A DNA stretch of 64,000 nt from Spirochaetia bacterium (GTDB taxonomy: Bacteria > Spirochaetota > Spirochaetia > CAKZLE01): assembly GCA_963677595.1 (NCBI GenBank), contig OY782041.1, positions 832,001 to 896,000 of the forward strand, given 5' to 3'. How positions within the stretch are numbered: the stretch's first letter is position 1; every line of letters begins with the position of its first letter. The notes beneath the pieces were generated by a model. That model was given only the letters and a program-made list of their open reading frames with translations, made no database searches and had not been told where the DNA came from. This document shows positions 61,310 to 64,000 of this stretch, piece by piece. The translations under genes and the position numbers were made by a program.

Positions 61310-62136
61310 AAGATACCGAGCTTGAAGAAGTCATCAAGGAATCGCGCGACCCCATCCTCGGCATTGGAAGGCGCAGCGTAACGGGTCTTTGCCCTGACCT
61401 CATCCTCGGCGTTCGCCATGGCCACCCCAACCTCGGTCAACAGCAGCATCGGGAGGTCGTTATGGCCGTCCCCGAAGGACATCGCCTCTGCAGGGGAGAC
61501 CCCGAGGTCATCGAGCAGCATCGAGAGGGCTGTGCCCTTGCTGATGCTTCCATTCATCATCTCATAATAGAAGGGCAGCGAGTAGCACTGCTGCAGCCGG
61601 TCCCCGAATTCCTCGGCGAGCTTCCCTGCAGCAAGGCTGATCGTCTCCTTGTCATGTGAGATGTACATGAGCTTCGTCAGTTCGAGTGAGTCATAGGTGT
61701 CGAAGTCCACGACCTTCCCCTCGAACCCGATATGGTTCTGGTAGTTCTCGATCTCCGGCGTCGTCCGCTCATAGAGCAGCCCCTCATGGCGGAACCCGTG
61801 GAGTGCGAGCTCATAGGCTCTGCCGTACTCGATGATCCGCCGTGCGACATCCTCATCGAGGAGAACCTCATGGGTAGCCTTGCCCGTCATGCCGTCAAAG
61901 ACTGCTGCACCGTTATAGTTGATCGAGGGAGAATGGATCCCAAGCTGCACCTGGAGCGGGCGCATCGCCCGATAGCTCCTCCCCGTGGCGAGGACCAGCG
62001 CGATGTCTCGTGCCTTCAGGGCCTCGATGGCCTCGATCGTCTTCGGGGTGATCTGCTTCTTGGGGTCAAGCAGGGTTCCGTCGAAATCGAAGGCGATCGC
62101 CTTGATGTCGATGGTGGAGCAGTCGGTATGTATCAT
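61306..62136 (-). CDS. Cof-type HAD-IIB hydrolase
   Basis: FDFDGTLL, ATGR, NGA, SKG, FGDGHNDLPM, AMANA, EDGV; start 62136 follows GGAGG. Confidence 0.92.
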   Translation of the reverse strand: MIHTDCSTIDIKAIAFDFDGTLLDPKKQITPKTIEAIEALKARDIALVLATGRSYRAMRPLQVQLGIHSPSINYNGAAVFDGMTGKATHEVLLDEDVARRIIEYGRAYELALHGFRHEGLLYERTTPEIENYQNHIGFEGKVVDFDTYDSLELTKLMYISHDKETISLAAGKLAEEFGDRLQQCYSLPFYYEMMNGSISKGTALSMLLDDLGVSPAEAMSFGDGHNDLPMLLLTEVGVAMANAEDEVRAKTRYAAPSNAEDGVARFLDDFFKLGIF

Positions 62137-62187
62137 GGTATAGCCTCCCGGGAAGGTTCCTTCCCGGGAGAACTCTACCACTAATCC

Positions 62188-63732
62188 TTAGTGTGCTTCA
62201 ACCAGGCCCAGGACTTCAGCCTTGAAATCGGAGAACTCGATCCCGTTCTCCTCACAGAAGTCCCTGAGGATCACGGTCTTCGAGGGGACCTCCAAGCCGA
62301 GAGCCTCCTCGATGGTCTCGAGCGAGACCCCCATATCGATCACGTCAGCGACCGTGCTCTTACCCTTGATGTCAATAACCCCGGCAGCCGTAACGGTCTC
62401 TTCCTCATGCTCTTCTTCAGGCAGGTCCGTGACGGTCGTCCCCGGCAGTTCGAAGACGAAAGCCCCGCTGAGTTCTGCATACTGTGCATCGGTGATCTTC
62501 CCGGCTTCTTTGAGCATAGCAAGCCCCCGGTCAGTGAGGATCGACTCTTCACCGATGGTGAACGGCAGTCCTGCCCACAGGGCTGTCAGGTACCTGATGC
62601 TGTCAGTCCCTATCGCGACATAGAGCTCCTCGACATCCTTGGCCAGCACGGAATCTGCGATCGCGGTATCGTAGCCGTAGGCTTCTGCCAGGAACTCCGC
62701 GGGAATACCGAAGGCTGCCTCGACGTCAGCGAAGCTGTAGGAGCCCCTGATGTCGGCGGGATCGGAAGCTCCGGCGAACTCGCCTTCCGTGATCAGTTTC
62801 GGGATCTTCCCTCCTTCAGTCTGCCACCAGCCGATTGCCATGGTCAGGAAGATGCCTCCGAACATGATCACCAGGAGTACAGGGGCGATGACCTTCCGCG
62901 AGATGGCGAGGGTACTGCCGCTCTTCGGCCCGGTCACGTCCACGGTCTTCACCACGGGACAGGCAGCCTCGGAGGTACACTCCATACAGGAGATGCACTG
63001 GTGGTCACGTACCCGCTCCCCGGTCGAGACGGAGATGCCCATCGGGCAGGCACGGTCGCAGGCTCCGCAGTCGATGCAGGTGGCAGCCTTCCTCCTGACG
63101 GGGAAGATCCTGAACCAGTTCGTCATCCCGATCAAGGCTCCCATGGGGCAGGCATACCGGCAGAACGGCCGGGGGACGATGAGCGATAAGAGTATCACCA
63201 GTCCCAGGGTAACATAGCCGGTGATCGCGACCTCACCGGTCCAGAAGTTGAATAATGCATAGTAGGGGTCATAATCGGCGAAGATGAGGGTAGCTGACTT
63301 GGCGGTCATCACCACGACCCAGATGAGGACCACATACCTGAGGTATCGAAGGACCTGGTCCAGGGTGTTGGGGATGATCTTCCCGTACCGTTTCTTGAAG
63401 AGCTTCTTCCCGAGCTTCCCTATCCAGTCCTGGAAGGTCCCGAAAGGACAGACCCAGCCGCAGAAGAGCGGCCCGAAGAGGACGGCGCTGATTAGGACGA
63501 TCCCGGCAAGCACCAGTGATGATGCATGGATCTTACTGATGAAGGACCCTGCTGCGATCAGGTTATAGAGGGTGACGACCCCGCCGAAGGGGCATATGGC
63601 ATGCAGGGAAGCCCCTGCTATGAACGGGATGGTGATCCCGGACTCTGCCAGCGTATGTGCGACCGCGGTCAGTGCGATCAGTAGAAAGAAGAAGAGTTGG
63701 ATGCCCTTTCTCAAGCGGTTTCTCTTTTTCAT
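62188..63732 (-). CDS. 4Fe-4S-binding membrane protein (NapH/YccM-like) with C-terminal extension
   Basis: CPFG, FCGWVCPFG, FCRYACPMG, CIDCGACDRACP, CISCMECTSEAACP; start 63732 follows GGGGAG. Confidence 0.87.
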   Translation of the reverse strand: MKKRNRLRKGIQLFFFLLIALTAVAHTLAESGITIPFIAGASLHAICPFGGVVTLYNLIAAGSFISKIHASSLVLAGIVLISAVLFGPLFCGWVCPFGTFQDWIGKLGKKLFKKRYGKIIPNTLDQVLRYLRYVVLIWVVVMTAKSATLIFADYDPYYALFNFWTGEVAITGYVTLGLVILLSLIVPRPFCRYACPMGALIGMTNWFRIFPVRRKAATCIDCGACDRACPMGISVSTGERVRDHQCISCMECTSEAACPVVKTVDVTGPKSGSTLAISRKVIAPVLLVIMFGGIFLTMAIGWWQTEGGKIPKLITEGEFAGASDPADIRGSYSFADVEAAFGIPAEFLAEAYGYDTAIADSVLAKDVEELYVAIGTDSIRYLTALWAGLPFTIGEESILTDRGLAMLKEAGKITDAQYAELSGAFVFELPGTTVTDLPEEEHEEETVTAAGVIDIKGKSTVADVIDMGVSLETIEEALGLEVPSKTVILRDFCEENGIEFSDFKAEVLGLVEAH

Positions 63733-64000
63733 CGTGATTCTCCCCTGTATTACGTAGTGGGGTAAGTATACCACCAAACCAGCATATTCCTCAAATTAAG
63801 TTTTCTCCATCTCACCTTAGCCTGAGGATAACACTGGTATCTGGAGGCGAATTTTCTTGAGGCTCACCGGATACATACAATCGATGAATCGTTGTTTTTT
63901 TCCAACAATTCAATACTGTCTCACTCATCATGTGATTTTTTCACAAATAGAATGTTGAGTTTTCAATCTTAGTATAGTACGCTTAGAACAGGAGAACTAC

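Noticed and set aside
63930-63946. TGTGA-TTTTT-TCACA palindrome as a CRP or Rex site
   Set aside because: The spacing is one base short for both; it may be a real operator, but the divergent gene lies outside the window.

Overview
Bacterial chromosomal window, most likely from a free-living spirochaete (Spirochaetota, possibly Sphaerochaetaceae-like). This is inferred from an Msp-like outer membrane protein, a lipoprotein OppA and the overall gene mix. Most of it is housekeeping: an RlmD-family methyltransferase, pepF, a sigma-54 two-component pair, ftsH, rlmKL, eno, recX-rpsI-rplM, pcrA/uvrD, rimO, oppBCDF and oppA, an ilvN-ilvC-leuA-cimA-leuB-ilvD-ilvB operon, aroA, ltaE, an ABC transporter, psuG, malY, addAB-like genes, azlCD, a Cof hydrolase and a 4Fe-4S membrane protein. 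I saw no rRNA, tRNA, CRISPR array or integrase. Five signals stand out. (1) An Rpn PD-(D/E)XK nuclease gene is followed by a stand-alone duplicate of its C-terminal module, with only synonymous changes in two homology arms around a divergent middle (orphan antitoxin or swappable cassette). (2) An AT-rich PIN/Phd toxin-antitoxin cassette is bracketed by a duplicated 58-bp block of 32-bp-period repeats, directly upstream of an AAA-DUF4143 gene. (3) An orphan ~115-nt three-hairpin sRNA candidate lies before ftsH. (4) An unusually long 83-aa Ile/Leu/Val-rich leader ORF precedes the ilv-leu operon, with no intrinsic terminator but with alternative anti-SD pairings. (5) Many genes appear to be leaderless. 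All calls come from reading the sequence by eye; no database searches were run.
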